From an uncultured Pelagibacteraceae bacterium (GTDB taxonomy: Bacteria; Pseudomonadota; Alphaproteobacteria; Pelagibacterales; Pelagibacteraceae): a stretch of DNA of 64,000 nucleotides. Below are positions 56,001 through 64,000 of the stretch, one piece after another. The stretch spans positions 12,484 to 76,483 of the forward strand of contig CACPGZ010000003.1 of assembly GCA_902633585.1 (NCBI GenBank), given 5' to 3'. Both the position numbers and the translations under genes were made by a program. Numbering within the stretch: position 1 is the stretch's first letter; the number at the start of each line of letters is the position of its first letter. The notes beneath the pieces are model-generated. The model saw only the letters and a program-made list of their open reading frames with translations, had not been told where the DNA came from and ran no database searches.

Positions 56001-56133
56001 CGCTCGATTTATCACTCTCTATAGTAACTACTGGATCATTCTTAACAATCTCTTGACCTTCTTTGACTAGTAATTCAATGACCTCTACATTTTCAAAATC
56101 GCCAATATCAGGAACTAATAGTTTTTCGCTCAT
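53095..56133 (-). CDS. aceE: Homodimeric pyruvate dehydrogenase E1 with an N-terminal lipoyl domain
   Basis: aa 1-75 lipoyl domain (ESDKSSVEIPS), then DIDP.ET.EWL, GGHI, GDGEMDEPES, DEARTFGMEG and GEGLQHQDG. Confidence 0.96.
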   Translation of the reverse strand: MSEKLLVPDIGDFENVEVIELLVKEGQEIVKNDPVVTIESDKSSVEIPSTLSGRIESIKVKVGDKVSKGDLILSILGSNEKLSVLETVPKDTENLIKEAEKSLEKKQDQFLQVNNNQRKKTEIIQVISDDDIDPLETNEWLDSLTAVIEKDGNQRAHYLIKELINKAYMEGANIPYTQNTPYINTIPVNEEKKSNGDQNIERRIRSLIRWNSAAMVVRANKKFPELGGHIGTFASAATLYDVGMNHFWRAKNNKFGGDLIYFQGHSAPGMYARAFLEGRLNEKQLDSFRQEVNPGGLSSYPHPWLMPNFWQFPTVSMGLGPMLAIYQARYMKYLINRGLIKDEGRKVWAFLGDGEMDEPESLGAIGLAAREKLDNLIFVINCNLQRLDGPVRGNGKIIQELEGIFRGAGWNVIKVIWGSYWDPLLANDKTGHLIKAMNETVDGEYQAMKARDGAYVREKFFGKYLETKDLISSLSDKDIWRLNRGGHDPHKVFAAYDKASKNIGSPTVVIAKTIKGYGMGKSGESVNTTHQTKKLDIDDLMYYRDRFDVPLTDKQVQNIEYYKPDQNSPEIKYIKERRLQLGGFIPERTTYAKPIKAPPKNIFDNMKESTGKKEMSTTMALVRMLTNLLRDKNVASRLVPIIPDEARTFGMEGFFQKVGIYAHEGQKYEPEDSAQLSSYREEKSGQVLEEGINEAGAMSSWIAAGTSYTNHDIEMIPIYLFYSMFGFQRIGDFAWAGADSQSRGFLIGATAGRTTLAGEGLQHQDGHSHLLASTIPNCKSYDPTFHYELATIFREGLKRMHEKKENIFYYITTMNENYPHPAMPSEKSCEEGILKGMYKIKEFSKYRKTKIQFLGSGTILREMIAGAEILQKDYQIDSEVWSVTSFNELRRDGLEVERFNLLNPEKEPKKSYVESCLGKTEGPILAASDYMRMNSDQVRPYINKSFYSLGTDGFGRSDTRKNLRKFFEVDKEHVVTYGLSVLAKEQLIASKYAQEAIKKYGIDKDKPMPTKL

Positions 56134-56233
56134 TTAATATCTCAGATCTTATACACTATAAAATTTTACTTAATTGCTAATTTTAACACATTCTGCTCAA
56201 TTTTTAGACACTCTTTTAATTTACCTGTCAAAA

Positions 56234-56350
56234 ATGATTAAAAAGTTATTAAATTCACTTTTTCAACCAAAAGAAAGTACATACATAGACGCTAAAATTT
56301 GGATACAAAAAGTTTTGTTAAAAGAAAGATTTAGAAAAATAAATTCTTAA
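56234..56350 (+). CDS. Candidate small ORF, 38 aa (MIKKLLNSLFQPKESTYIDAKIWIQKVLLKERFRKINS)
   Basis: Open frame filling the aceE-thiolase gap, stop overlapping the thiolase stop; no clear RBS. Confidence 0.3.
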   Translation: MIKKLLNSLFQPKESTYIDAKIWIQKVLLKERFRKINS

Positions 56351-57522
56351 ATTCTTTCGATACATAAGGCTATACCCATTCCACCACCTATACAAAGAGT
56401 GGCACAACCTTTGTTTTTTTTCTGCTTTATCATTTCATGTATAAGAGTGACTAATATTCTGGCACCTGATGCACCTATAGGATGACCTAAAGCTATAGCT
56501 CCACCATTAACATTCACTTTGTGCTCATCAATATCTAATTCACGTATTACTGCGATACTTTGAGCTGCAAAAGCCTCATTAATCTCAAATAAATCTATTT
56601 CATCTAAATTCCATTTTGCTTTCTCAACTGCCTCTCGAACAGCACCAATTGGTCCAAGTCCCATTAGAGTTGGATCAACTCCAACAGAAGCCCATGAAAT
56701 TATCTTTGCTAATGGCCGAATTGATTTTTTTTTTGTTTCCTCTAAAGTAGTTAACAACAAAGCTGCAGCACCATCATTAATTCCTGATGAATTTGCGGGT
56801 GTCACAGTTCCATCTTTCATAAATACTGCTTTTAATTTTTCTAAATCAGATTTAACGAGACCTTTTCTCGGGTGCTCATCTATACCAAGATTAATACCAG
56901 GTTCATTTATCTTGATTAATTCTTCCTTAAATCTATTTATATTGATTGCAGTTTCAGTTTTTTTTTGAGAATTTAAAGCAAAATCATCTTGTTCAACTCT
57001 TGAAATATTATATTTTTTTGCAATATTTTCAGCTGTCACACCCATATGATATTCATTGAATGCATCCATCAATCCATCGTTAATCATTGTATCTATTAAA
57101 CTTTCTTGGGAAATTTTTTTATCATCGTGATAGAAAATTGAATGGGGAACTAATGACATATTTTCCTGACCGCCAGAAATTACACTTTTGGCATCTCCTA
57201 ATCTAATAGATTGATAACCTGATATTACAGCTCTCAGTCCTGAGCCACAAACTTGATTTATGATATGAGCTGGTTTTGAAATATTTATACCTGCATTTAC
57301 CGCAGCTTGTCTTGCTGGGTTCTGGCCTCCACCTGCGGTAAGCACTTGGCCCATAATTACCTCGTCAATGTCATCTTTGTCTAATTTAGTTCTTCTTAAA
57401 ATTTCTCTAATTACAATCGATCCCAACTTATCAGCACTTAATTCTTTAAGAGACCCTTTGTAAGCTCCAATTGGAGTCCTAATAGCCTCAACAATAACAA
57501 CCTCATTCATTGAATTATTCAT
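56347..57522 (-). CDS. Acetyl-CoA C-acetyltransferase (thiolase, PhaA/AtoB type)
   Basis: RTPIG, QNPARQA, VCGSG, NEAFA, GGAIALGHPIGASG and LCIGGGMG motifs. Confidence 0.95.
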   Translation of the reverse strand: MNNSMNEVVIVEAIRTPIGAYKGSLKELSADKLGSIVIREILRRTKLDKDDIDEVIMGQVLTAGGGQNPARQAAVNAGINISKPAHIINQVCGSGLRAVISGYQSIRLGDAKSVISGGQENMSLVPHSIFYHDDKKISQESLIDTMINDGLMDAFNEYHMGVTAENIAKKYNISRVEQDDFALNSQKKTETAININRFKEELIKINEPGINLGIDEHPRKGLVKSDLEKLKAVFMKDGTVTPANSSGINDGAAALLLTTLEETKKKSIRPLAKIISWASVGVDPTLMGLGPIGAVREAVEKAKWNLDEIDLFEINEAFAAQSIAVIRELDIDEHKVNVNGGAIALGHPIGASGARILVTLIHEMIKQKKNKGCATLCIGGGMGIALCIERI

Positions 57523-57594
57523 AATAATTTAAATTTGTCTTACCATTAAAATACACTAAAAAATGATATAGAATAATAAATAAAATTTAAAAAC

Positions 57595-57671
57595 GCGCCT
57601 GTAGCTCAACTGGATAGAGCGCTTGGCTACGGACCAGGAGGTTCTGGGTTCGACTCCTAGCAGGCGCACCA
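57595..57671 (+). tRNA. tRNA-Arg (ACG)
   Basis: GCGCCTG/CAGGCGC acceptor stem, CTTGG-CTACGGA-CCAGG anticodon arm, GGTTCGACTCC, CCA end. Confidence 0.96.
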
Positions 57672-57685
57672 TTAAAGGATAGATT

Positions 57686-57784
57686 ATGATGAAATGGCTG
57701 ATTAAATCATCGCTTCAAATGTCTGTTATTTATTTTTTCATAATTATTTTTATAGTTTTGCTAATTTTAACTTTTATACTCTAA
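57686..57784 (+). CDS. Candidate small hydrophobic peptide, 32 aa (MMKWLIKSSLQMSVIYFFIIIFIVLLILTFIL)
   Basis: Fills the tRNA-Arg to thioesterase gap, AAGGA upstream, stop 6 nt before the next ATG. Confidence 0.4.
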   Translation: MMKWLIKSSLQMSVIYFFIIIFIVLLILTFIL

Positions 57785-57790
57785 AAAATT

Positions 57791-58195
57791 ATGTCTAATT
57801 CATTTGAACAAATAAGTTTAAAACACGGTTTTATGAAGCATAATGGGGGTATTATGTTTAGAAATATCTCTGAGAGTGAATATGAATTTAAATCAATTAT
57901 TAATGAAAATCATTTAAATGCAGCAGGCATAACTCATGGAGGATACTTAGCAGCTTTAATAGATGCTGGAGCAGGAACAGCAGCACACCGTAGTGCCCAA
58001 AATGCACCCTGTGTAACAATTTCATTAGATCTTAAATATATTGGTGCCTCAAAAATTGCTGATGAAATTATTGGAAATGTAAAAATTTTAAAAAAAACAA
58101 AAACTTTAGTATTTTTATTTTGTGAGCTGAAATGTAATGATAAAATTATTACATCTGCTTCTGGAGTTTGGAAAATTCTTAAAATAAAATCTTAA
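57791..58195 (+). CDS. PaaI-family hotdog thioesterase
   Basis: HLN..G.THGG.LAAL.D...G motif. Confidence 0.92.
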   Translation: MSNSFEQISLKHGFMKHNGGIMFRNISESEYEFKSIINENHLNAAGITHGGYLAALIDAGAGTAAHRSAQNAPCVTISLDLKYIGASKIADEIIGNVKILKKTKTLVFLFCELKCNDKIITSASGVWKILKIKS

Positions 58196-58368
58196 AATTT
58201 TATATCTGTTACCAATTTGGATAATAAATCATATTATGTTAAACTAAATTTATAAGAACTTGAAATGAGAACTTTTTACAGAACGATTCGGTCATGTTTT
58301 AGTCTATTTTTGTTCTTTACGTGTAACTACATCTTGTAGGTAAAATATTAAACATACCAAAGATAGAA

Positions 58369-60846
58369 ATGAATAAAAATAAAATCACAGCAGTACTTGG
58401 TCCAACAAATACTGGCAAAACCCATTTAGCAATAGATACTATGCTCTCCTTTGATACTGGGATGATTGGTTTTCCATTAAGACTTTTGGCTAGAGAAGTC
58501 TATGACAAAGTTATTAAAAAAACTAGATACGATGAAGTTGCTTTGATAACCGGTGAAGAAAAAATTATACCTTTAAATGCAAAATATTTTTTATGTACAG
58601 TAGAATCGATGCCAATTGATAAAGATTTAGAATTTGTGGGTGTTGATGAAATTCAAATGTGTGCGGACCATGAACGAGGTCATATATTTACAGATAGATT
58701 GCTTAACATAAGAGGAAGTAAACTAACTATGTTTATGGGTTCAAACACAATTAAAGGGATTATTTCAAAATTAAATGACGATATAGAATTCATAGATAGA
58801 AAAAGATTATCTAAACTTACCTACTCAGGTCACAAAAAAATTTCACGGATAAATAGAAAAACAGCAATTATTGCTTTTTCAACAGAAGAAGTTTACGCAA
58901 TAGCAGAATTAATACGAAGACAAAAAGGTGGAGCTGCAATAGTTATGGGATCTTTAAGTCCAAAAACAAGGAATGCACAAATAGACTTATACCAATCAGG
59001 CGATGTTGATTTTTTAGTTGCAACCGATGCAATTGGAATGGGTATAAATATGGATTTAGATCACGTGTATTTTTCAAATTTTAAAAAGTTCGATGGAAAA
59101 AAATTAAGAAAACTAAATCTATCTGAAATAGGTCAAATTGCCGGAAGAGCAGGTAGGTATCTTAATGATGGTAATTTTGGTATTACAGGTGATTGTAAAG
59201 AAATTACAGCTGAAGAAGTTGAACTGTTGGAAAATCACAAATTTGAAAATATTAGAACGTTGTTTTGGAGAAACTCAGATTTAAATTTTAACAATCCCAC
59301 TTCGTTATTAAAATCACTTGAAGAAAAGCCAAATGAAGATTGGCTTAGAAAAATTCATGAGTGTGAAGATGAGAGGGTTTTAAAACATTTTTTAAAAAAG
59401 TTAGATTTATATAATATTCCAAATGTAAAAGAAACGCTGACCTTATTATGGGAATGCTGTCAAATCCCTGACTTTGTTAAGAAAACTTATGGAAACCACA
59501 TCGATGTCGTCGAGAAAGTATTCAATTTTTTAAACAGTGATAAAGGTGAAATATCAGATAATTTTATGCATTTACAGCTTATGAAACTCAATAAATTTGA
59601 TGGAAATGTAGATTCTTTAGTGAATAGAATTGCAAATGTGAGAACTTGGTCATATGTTTCCAATAAAAATAATTGGGTTGAAAATCAAAATTACTGGATT
59701 GAAAAAACTAAATTCTTAGAGGATAAACTTTCAGATAGACTTCATGAAGAACTTACAAAAACATTTATTGATAAAAGGGCAAGTGTACTTGCAAGAGGTT
59801 TAAAACAAGATATGGAATTTGATACTAAAATTCTAGAAAATAATAATGTTATGATCGACGATCAATTTATAGGTAAAATAAATGGACTTAAATTAGAACT
59901 TGATCTTAAAAAAGGAGCATTAGAGACTGATATCAAATCTCTAAAAAAAGCTGCAAGAAAAACTATAGGACCAGAACTTGAAAAGAGAATTCAGATAATA
60001 ATTGATACAGGTTTAGTTCAATTAAAAAATAACTTTAGGATATGTTGGAATAATGCTGCAATTGGTAAATTAATTCCTGGTAAGGATTATTTGAGTCCTA
60101 ACATCGAATTGTTAGTGGATGACATATTAGAGCAAAATCAAAAAAATAAATTAGTTACTTTTTTAGAAAAATGGTTGAAGAGTAAAATTTCAAGAGTTTT
60201 AAAAAGTCTCTATGATTTAAAAGATTTAGAGGATAAGAACTCATCAATAAAAGCCTTAGCTTATCAACTTTATGAAAATAATGGTGTTATTAAGAGAGAT
60301 AAAGTATCTGAGTATTTAAAGAAATTAGATCAAAATGATAGAAAAATCTTAAGAGACTTGGGTGTAAAATTTGGTAGATACCATGTCTTTTTATTTAAAT
60401 TGATAAAACCAGAACCGGTTTCATTAAGAACTCTTTTGTGGAAGAATTATAATCAAAAATACCTTAATTTAGAACCGCCAACTTTTGGTTTAAATTTTTT
60501 AAATGATAACAAAACTCAAAATAAAAACTTTATGTTACTTTGTGGATTTGAAAAATTTGATAATTTCTATATTAGGATAGATATTCTAGAGAGATTATTT
60601 GTACAAATAATAAATACAGATACAAAGGATGCGAAGGAAATTAAAGTGGTACCAGAAATGTTGAATTTATTGGGATGTAATAAAGATGATTTTAAAAAAC
60701 TACTTAAAGCTATGAGTTATAAGATTATGGAAAAAAATAATGAAGTTTTCTTTAAATATATTCCAAAAAAGAGGGTAAAGTTACAAAATAAAGAGATTAT
60801 TAAAGAAAATCCTTTTGGTGTTTTAAAAAATTTAAACCTTAATTAA
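58369..60846 (+). CDS. Suv3-like SF2 helicase
   Basis: GPTNTGKT, PLRLLA.E, DEIQ, ATDAIGMG.N and QIAGRAGR motifs. Confidence 0.92.
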   Translation: MNKNKITAVLGPTNTGKTHLAIDTMLSFDTGMIGFPLRLLAREVYDKVIKKTRYDEVALITGEEKIIPLNAKYFLCTVESMPIDKDLEFVGVDEIQMCADHERGHIFTDRLLNIRGSKLTMFMGSNTIKGIISKLNDDIEFIDRKRLSKLTYSGHKKISRINRKTAIIAFSTEEVYAIAELIRRQKGGAAIVMGSLSPKTRNAQIDLYQSGDVDFLVATDAIGMGINMDLDHVYFSNFKKFDGKKLRKLNLSEIGQIAGRAGRYLNDGNFGITGDCKEITAEEVELLENHKFENIRTLFWRNSDLNFNNPTSLLKSLEEKPNEDWLRKIHECEDERVLKHFLKKLDLYNIPNVKETLTLLWECCQIPDFVKKTYGNHIDVVEKVFNFLNSDKGEISDNFMHLQLMKLNKFDGNVDSLVNRIANVRTWSYVSNKNNWVENQNYWIEKTKFLEDKLSDRLHEELTKTFIDKRASVLARGLKQDMEFDTKILENNNVMIDDQFIGKINGLKLELDLKKGALETDIKSLKKAARKTIGPELEKRIQIIIDTGLVQLKNNFRICWNNAAIGKLIPGKDYLSPNIELLVDDILEQNQKNKLVTFLEKWLKSKISRVLKSLYDLKDLEDKNSSIKALAYQLYENNGVIKRDKVSEYLKKLDQNDRKILRDLGVKFGRYHVFLFKLIKPEPVSLRTLLWKNYNQKYLNLEPPTFGLNFLNDNKTQNKNFMLLCGFEKFDNFYIRIDILERLFVQIINTDTKDAKEIKVVPEMLNLLGCNKDDFKKLLKAMSYKIMEKNNEVFFKYIPKKRVKLQNKEIIKENPFGVLKNLNLN

Positions 60847-60850
60847 AAGT

Positions 60851-61261
60851 ATGTTTTTTAAAGAAAATAAGAATGAAATTGATGATCTATCTAAAGTAGC
60901 TGCACTTTTAATTCACGCAGCTAAAATTGACGAAAACTTTACAGAAAGTGAAGAGGCAATTATAAAACAAGCTCTTTTACAAATAGGTGCAAACAATGAA
61001 AATTTAGTAAAAATATTTTCAGATGGAAAAAAAATTGAAGAAAACTCAAATCAAATTTTAGAGTTCACAAAAGAAGTAAAAAACATGGAAGAAAATGATA
61101 AAATAAAAATAGTTGAAACACTTTGGAGAATAATTTACTCAAATAATGAGGCAGATATTTACGAGACAAGTTTAATGAGAAGACTTGCTGGATTATTATA
61201 TATTGACAGTAAATTAATGGGCGATATTAAGGAAAGAATAAAAAATAAAGTTTCATCATGA
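60851..61261 (+). CDS. TerB-family (tellurite-resistance-like) protein
   Basis: AALLI.AA.ID......E...I and LW.I.Y.......YE..L.RR.A.LL pattern. Confidence 0.8.
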   Translation: MFFKENKNEIDDLSKVAALLIHAAKIDENFTESEEAIIKQALLQIGANNENLVKIFSDGKKIEENSNQILEFTKEVKNMEENDKIKIVETLWRIIYSNNEADIYETSLMRRLAGLLYIDSKLMGDIKERIKNKVSS

Positions 61262-61584
61262 CCTACATAGTAAATGATAAATGTATCAAATGTAAATTAA
61301 TGGACTGTGTTGAAGTTTGTCCTGTGGATTGTTTCTATGAAGGAAAAAATATGCTTGTAATTAAACCTGATGAGTGTATAGATTGTGGCGTTTGCGAACC
61401 TGAATGCCCAGTTGATGCGATTAAAGCTGATATTGAGCCAGGTAGTGAAAAGTGGTTGGAAATTAACAAAGAGTATTCTGAAATCTGGCCAAATATAAGT
61501 ATGAAAAAAGATCCACCTTCGGATCATGAAAAATATAAAAATGAGCAAAATAAGTTTGAAAAATATTTTAAAGAAAACCTTTAA
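61258..61584 (+). CDS. fdxA: 7Fe/8Fe ferredoxin
   Basis: [19 protein letters not shown] and [15 protein letters not shown] motifs. Confidence 0.96.
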   Translation: MTYIVNDKCIKCKLMDCVEVCPVDCFYEGKNMLVIKPDECIDCGVCEPECPVDAIKADIEPGSEKWLEINKEYSEIWPNISMKKDPPSDHEKYKNEQNKFEKYFKENL

Positions 61585-62401
61585 AAAAAGAACCAACTCA
61601 AAATCCAAAAAAAAAATAATCAAAAAGGTAAAAAAAACTAAAACAACAAAGTTAAAAAAAGTAAAGAAAATCTCAAAAATTCCAAAAAAGGTTGAAAAAA
61701 AGTATAGTTCTAGAACCGAAGGTCAAAATGAAAACTTGAGGATACCCAAAAGTAATGAAATTAAACCTGAAATTAAAAAAGTAAAAAAACAAAACACTGA
61801 AAAAAAAAAATATAGGATTAAAGATTATGTTGTATATCCTAAGCATGGTGTAGGTCAGATTACAGAATTTAAGAAGATTATTATTGGTGGGATAGATGTT
61901 GAGGCATACATTATAAAGTTTGAGAAAGACAAAGCTGACGGTATGGTTCCAGTAAATAAACAATTACATCTACGTCCACTTTCAACAATTAATCAAGTAA
62001 ACAAAAGTATTTCAATTTTAAAAAGTAAACCAAAAATTAAAAGGTCTATGTGGAGCAGAAGAGCTCAAGAGTACGAAGCAAAAATTTCTTCTGGTAAAAT
62101 TTATGAACTAGCTGAGGTAGTGAGAGACCTAAATAAAGGTGATGACTTAATGATTGATCAATCTTATAGTGAAAGACAACTTTTTGAGAAAGCTTATGAT
62201 AGAATTCTTTCTGAATTTCAAATTGTTTTAAATGTTTCAAAAGAAGACACTCAAAAAAAACTTGATAAAGCTCTTAAAAGAAATCTTAATAAAGAATTAA
62301 AGGAAGAAGATAAAAGTGCTAATTCTCCAACTACAACCTCGAGTGATAACGAAATTAATGCTGAAGAGCCAATTTCAGTCGATGATGGACAAGAGCAATA
62401 A
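61526..62401 (+). CDS. carD: CarD-family RNA polymerase-binding factor with a Lys-rich N-terminal extension and acidic C-tail (start uncertain)
   Basis: [37 protein letters not shown] and [11 protein letters not shown] motifs. Confidence 0.92.
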   Translation: MKNIKMSKISLKNILKKTFKKRTNSKSKKKIIKKVKKTKTTKLKKVKKISKIPKKVEKKYSSRTEGQNENLRIPKSNEIKPEIKKVKKQNTEKKKYRIKDYVVYPKHGVGQITEFKKIIIGGIDVEAYIIKFEKDKADGMVPVNKQLHLRPLSTINQVNKSISILKSKPKIKRSMWSRRAQEYEAKISSGKIYELAEVVRDLNKGDDLMIDQSYSERQLFEKAYDRILSEFQIVLNVSKEDTQKKLDKALKRNLNKELKEEDKSANSPTTTSSDNEINAEEPISVDDGQEQ

Positions 62402-62443
62402 AAAAAACGCCTCTCACACAAAAAGTTATGAGAAGCGTTTTTT
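62401..62443. terminator. Bidirectional intrinsic terminator between carD and the basic peptide gene
   Basis: AAAAAAACGCCTCTCA-loop-TGAGAAGCGTTTTTT; the single mismatch becomes a G-U pair on the minus strand; A/T tracts flank both sides. Confidence 0.75.
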
Positions 62444-62461
62444 ATAAAGAATACTAAGTTA

Positions 62462-62539
62462 TTATCTTCTTCTTCTTTTTTTAGCTTTTTTCTTAGCTTT
62501 TTTCTTAGCCTTCTTTGCTTTTTTTCTTCTCTTAGGCAT
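62462..62539 (-). CDS. Protamine/H1-like basic peptide, 25 aa (MPKRRKKAKKAKKKAKKKAKKRRRR); not in ORF track
   Basis: AGGGAG SD 6 nt before ATG, tandem TAA TAA stops, own promoter and terminator. Confidence 0.78.
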   Translation of the reverse strand: MPKRRKKAKKAKKKAKKKAKKRRRR

Positions 62540-62555
62540 CTTTAGCTCCCTTTTT

Positions 62556-62588
62556 AGTTAAACGAATCAAATTGATTCGTGATTAACT
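62556..62588. promoter_or_regulatory. Palindrome ACGAATCAA-A-TTGATTCGT with two GANTC sites, at the predicted TSS/5'UTR
   Basis: Perfect 9-bp arms at 62562-62580, extended by AGTTAA/TTAACT; GAATC at 62564-62568 and GATTC at 62574-62578. Confidence 0.55.
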
Positions 62589-62590
62589 TA

Positions 62591-62619
62591 TTTTTATTTT
62601 TTTATACACGTTATGTCAA
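62591..62619 (-). promoter_or_regulatory. Putative sigma70 promoter TTGACA-N17-TAAAAA for the basic peptide gene
   Basis: Consensus -35 at 62614-62619 (minus strand), 17-nt spacer, AT-rich region further upstream. Confidence 0.6.
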
Positions 62620-62738
62620 TTCTTTAATTAAAATAAAGAATTTTCAAAAAAAAATTTTATAAAAATATTATTTTAATATTTTTAATATTGTAAAAAAGTT
62701 AATGTTTATGCGCTTTATAATCAAATATTTTAAGTAAA

Positions 62739-64000
62739 TTAATAAAGTGTTTCTAAATCTTCTTTATATTTATCCAAAATTTTTTTTCTTTTTAGTTTTA
62801 ATGTTGGTGTTAACATTCCATTATCAATTGTAAATTCTTCGTTGATTAATTTAAATTTTTTAACTTTTTCAACTAAAGATAAAGTTTTATTTAAATTTTC
62901 TAAAAAAATTTCAATTTCTTTTCTATTTTCAGTACTTTCAGAAATAATTAATGCAACTAAATAGGTTTTCTTATCCCCATAAACAAAACTTTGTTTAATT
63001 TTTTCATTTAAACATAATAAGTTTTCAATTTTAGATGGTGAAATGTTATCTCCGCCAAGACTAACTATTATTTCTTTCTTTCTATCAGTAATTTTTAAAT
63101 TTCCATCTTCTGTGATCTCTCCAATATCACCAGTATACAACCAACCATTCCTTATCACATCATTTGTCTCTTTCTCCATATTCCAATAACCAAGCATCAC
63201 ATTTTCACCTTTGACTAAAATTTCACCATCCTCAGCTATATTTACCTGATTTGTTTTAAAAGGAGGCCCTACTGTGTCAATTTTGATTTTTCCAGGAATG
63301 TTGCAACTTACGACAGGGGAGGCCTCTGTAAGACCGTAGCCTTGGAGAGTGGGTAATCCTATAGCGTTTAAAAATTCTCCAATTTTTTGGTCTAAAGCAC
63401 CACCTCCAGAAACAAAGGCCTTTAGTTTTCCACCAAACTGATTTTTAATTTTTCTTCTTACAAGTTTTTCACAAAAAAAATTGATTGATTTTTCCGTCAA
63501 TGTTAAATTCTTATTATTAAGTTTTTTAATTCCAAGTGAAAGAGTAGATGATATTAATTTTTTTTTAAAACCTTTTTGCTTTGAAAAATTCATAGAAATT
63601 TTGCTGTACAAATTTTGATAAAATCTTGGCACAGCTGTCATAATCGTCGGTTTTGCAACAGACATATTAGATAATAACTTATCAAGACTTTCAGCATAAT
63701 AAATTTTTGCACCAAGAGAGATTTGAACAAATTGAACTGCATGCTCATATGAATGGGATAAAGGTAACCATGTTAAAAAAGTAGTTTCTGTATTTTGAGC
63801 TAATTGATTTAATATTTCTTGGGCTCCCTCACAGTTTGACAAAATTCCTCCGTGGCTAAGCATTACTCCTTTAGGGTTACCAGTTGTTCCGGATGTATAA
63901 ATTATACAAGCAAGATTTTTTCTTTCAAGATTTCGATTAAAACTTATATGAAGATCTAATTTTTTTTTTTTAAAATATCTATCGAATATACTTTCCATGC
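62739..64000 (-). CDS. Long-chain fatty acid-CoA ligase (probably 5'-truncated by the window edge)
   Basis: IIYTSGTTGNPKGV, QGYGLTE, TGDIG, DRKK and LTPTLKLKR motifs. Confidence 0.92.
   Translation of the reverse strand, partial: MESIFDRYFKKKKLDLHISFNRNLERKNLACIIYTSGTTGNPKGVMLSHGGILSNCEGAQEILNQLAQNTETTFLTWLPLSHSYEHAVQFVQISLGAKIYYAESLDKLLSNMSVAKPTIMTAVPRFYQNLYSKISMNFSKQKGFKKKLISSTLSLGIKKLNNKNLTLTEKSINFFCEKLVRRKIKNQFGGKLKAFVSGGGALDQKIGEFLNAIGLPTLQGYGLTEASPVVSCNIPGKIKIDTVGPPFKTNQVNIAEDGEILVKGENVMLGYWNMEKETNDVIRNGWLYTGDIGEITEDGNLKITDRKKEIIVSLGGDNISPSKIENLLCLNEKIKQSFVYGDKKTYLVALIISESTENRKEIEIFLENLNKTLSLVEKVKKFKLINEEFTIDNGMLTPTLKLKRKKILDKYKEDLETLY

Noticed and set aside
58256-58284. Alphaproteobacterial LexA box (GAAC-N7-GAAC)
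   Set aside because: The observed spacings are N9 and N8, not N7
60851-61261. TerB gene as part of a tellurite-resistance or anti-phage island
   Set aside because: Solitary gene inside a housekeeping operon with no other ter or defence genes
62465-62535. TTTTTTCTTAGC tandem repeats as a CRISPR array or VNTR
   Set aside because: 12-nt in-frame units without spacers; explained by AKKK coding repeats on the minus strand; no cas genes

Overview
AT-rich, gene-dense, streamlined alphaproteobacterial chromosome segment. Gene content and order, tiny intergenic gaps and the lipoyl-fused AceE point to Pelagibacterales/SAR11 (inference). It is mostly housekeeping: infA-hisD-murA-dcd, rpmH-rnpA-yidD-yidC-argB-dapD-dapE, truA-fmt-def, aroK-aroB, bolA/J-domain/cobS-cobT, regB-gyrB, lepA-pheT-pheS-rplT-rpmI-infC-thrS, gltD-gltB, aceE-aceF, a thiolase, a Suv3-like helicase-TerB-fdxA-carD run and a partial acyl-CoA synthetase. 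There are four tRNAs (Phe, Thr, Ser, Arg) and a ~7 kb cell-surface glycan cassette (26.7-33.7 kb). No CRISPR array, integrase or transposase is visible. The ORF track missed several short genes: rpmH, a 33-aa basic protein, a 59-aa membrane protein and a 25-aa Lys/Arg peptide. The most striking pattern is a set of chromatin-like parts: (i) an apparently complete mini transcription unit encoding the protamine/H1-like peptide MPKRRKKAKKAKKKAKKKAKKRRRR, with a GANTC-bearing palindrome at its predicted start site; (ii) a convergent CarD with a Lys-rich N-terminal extension; (iii) a tandem HDAC-family deacetylase and SET-domain lysine methyltransferase. That these act together is a hypothesis, not something the sequence proves.
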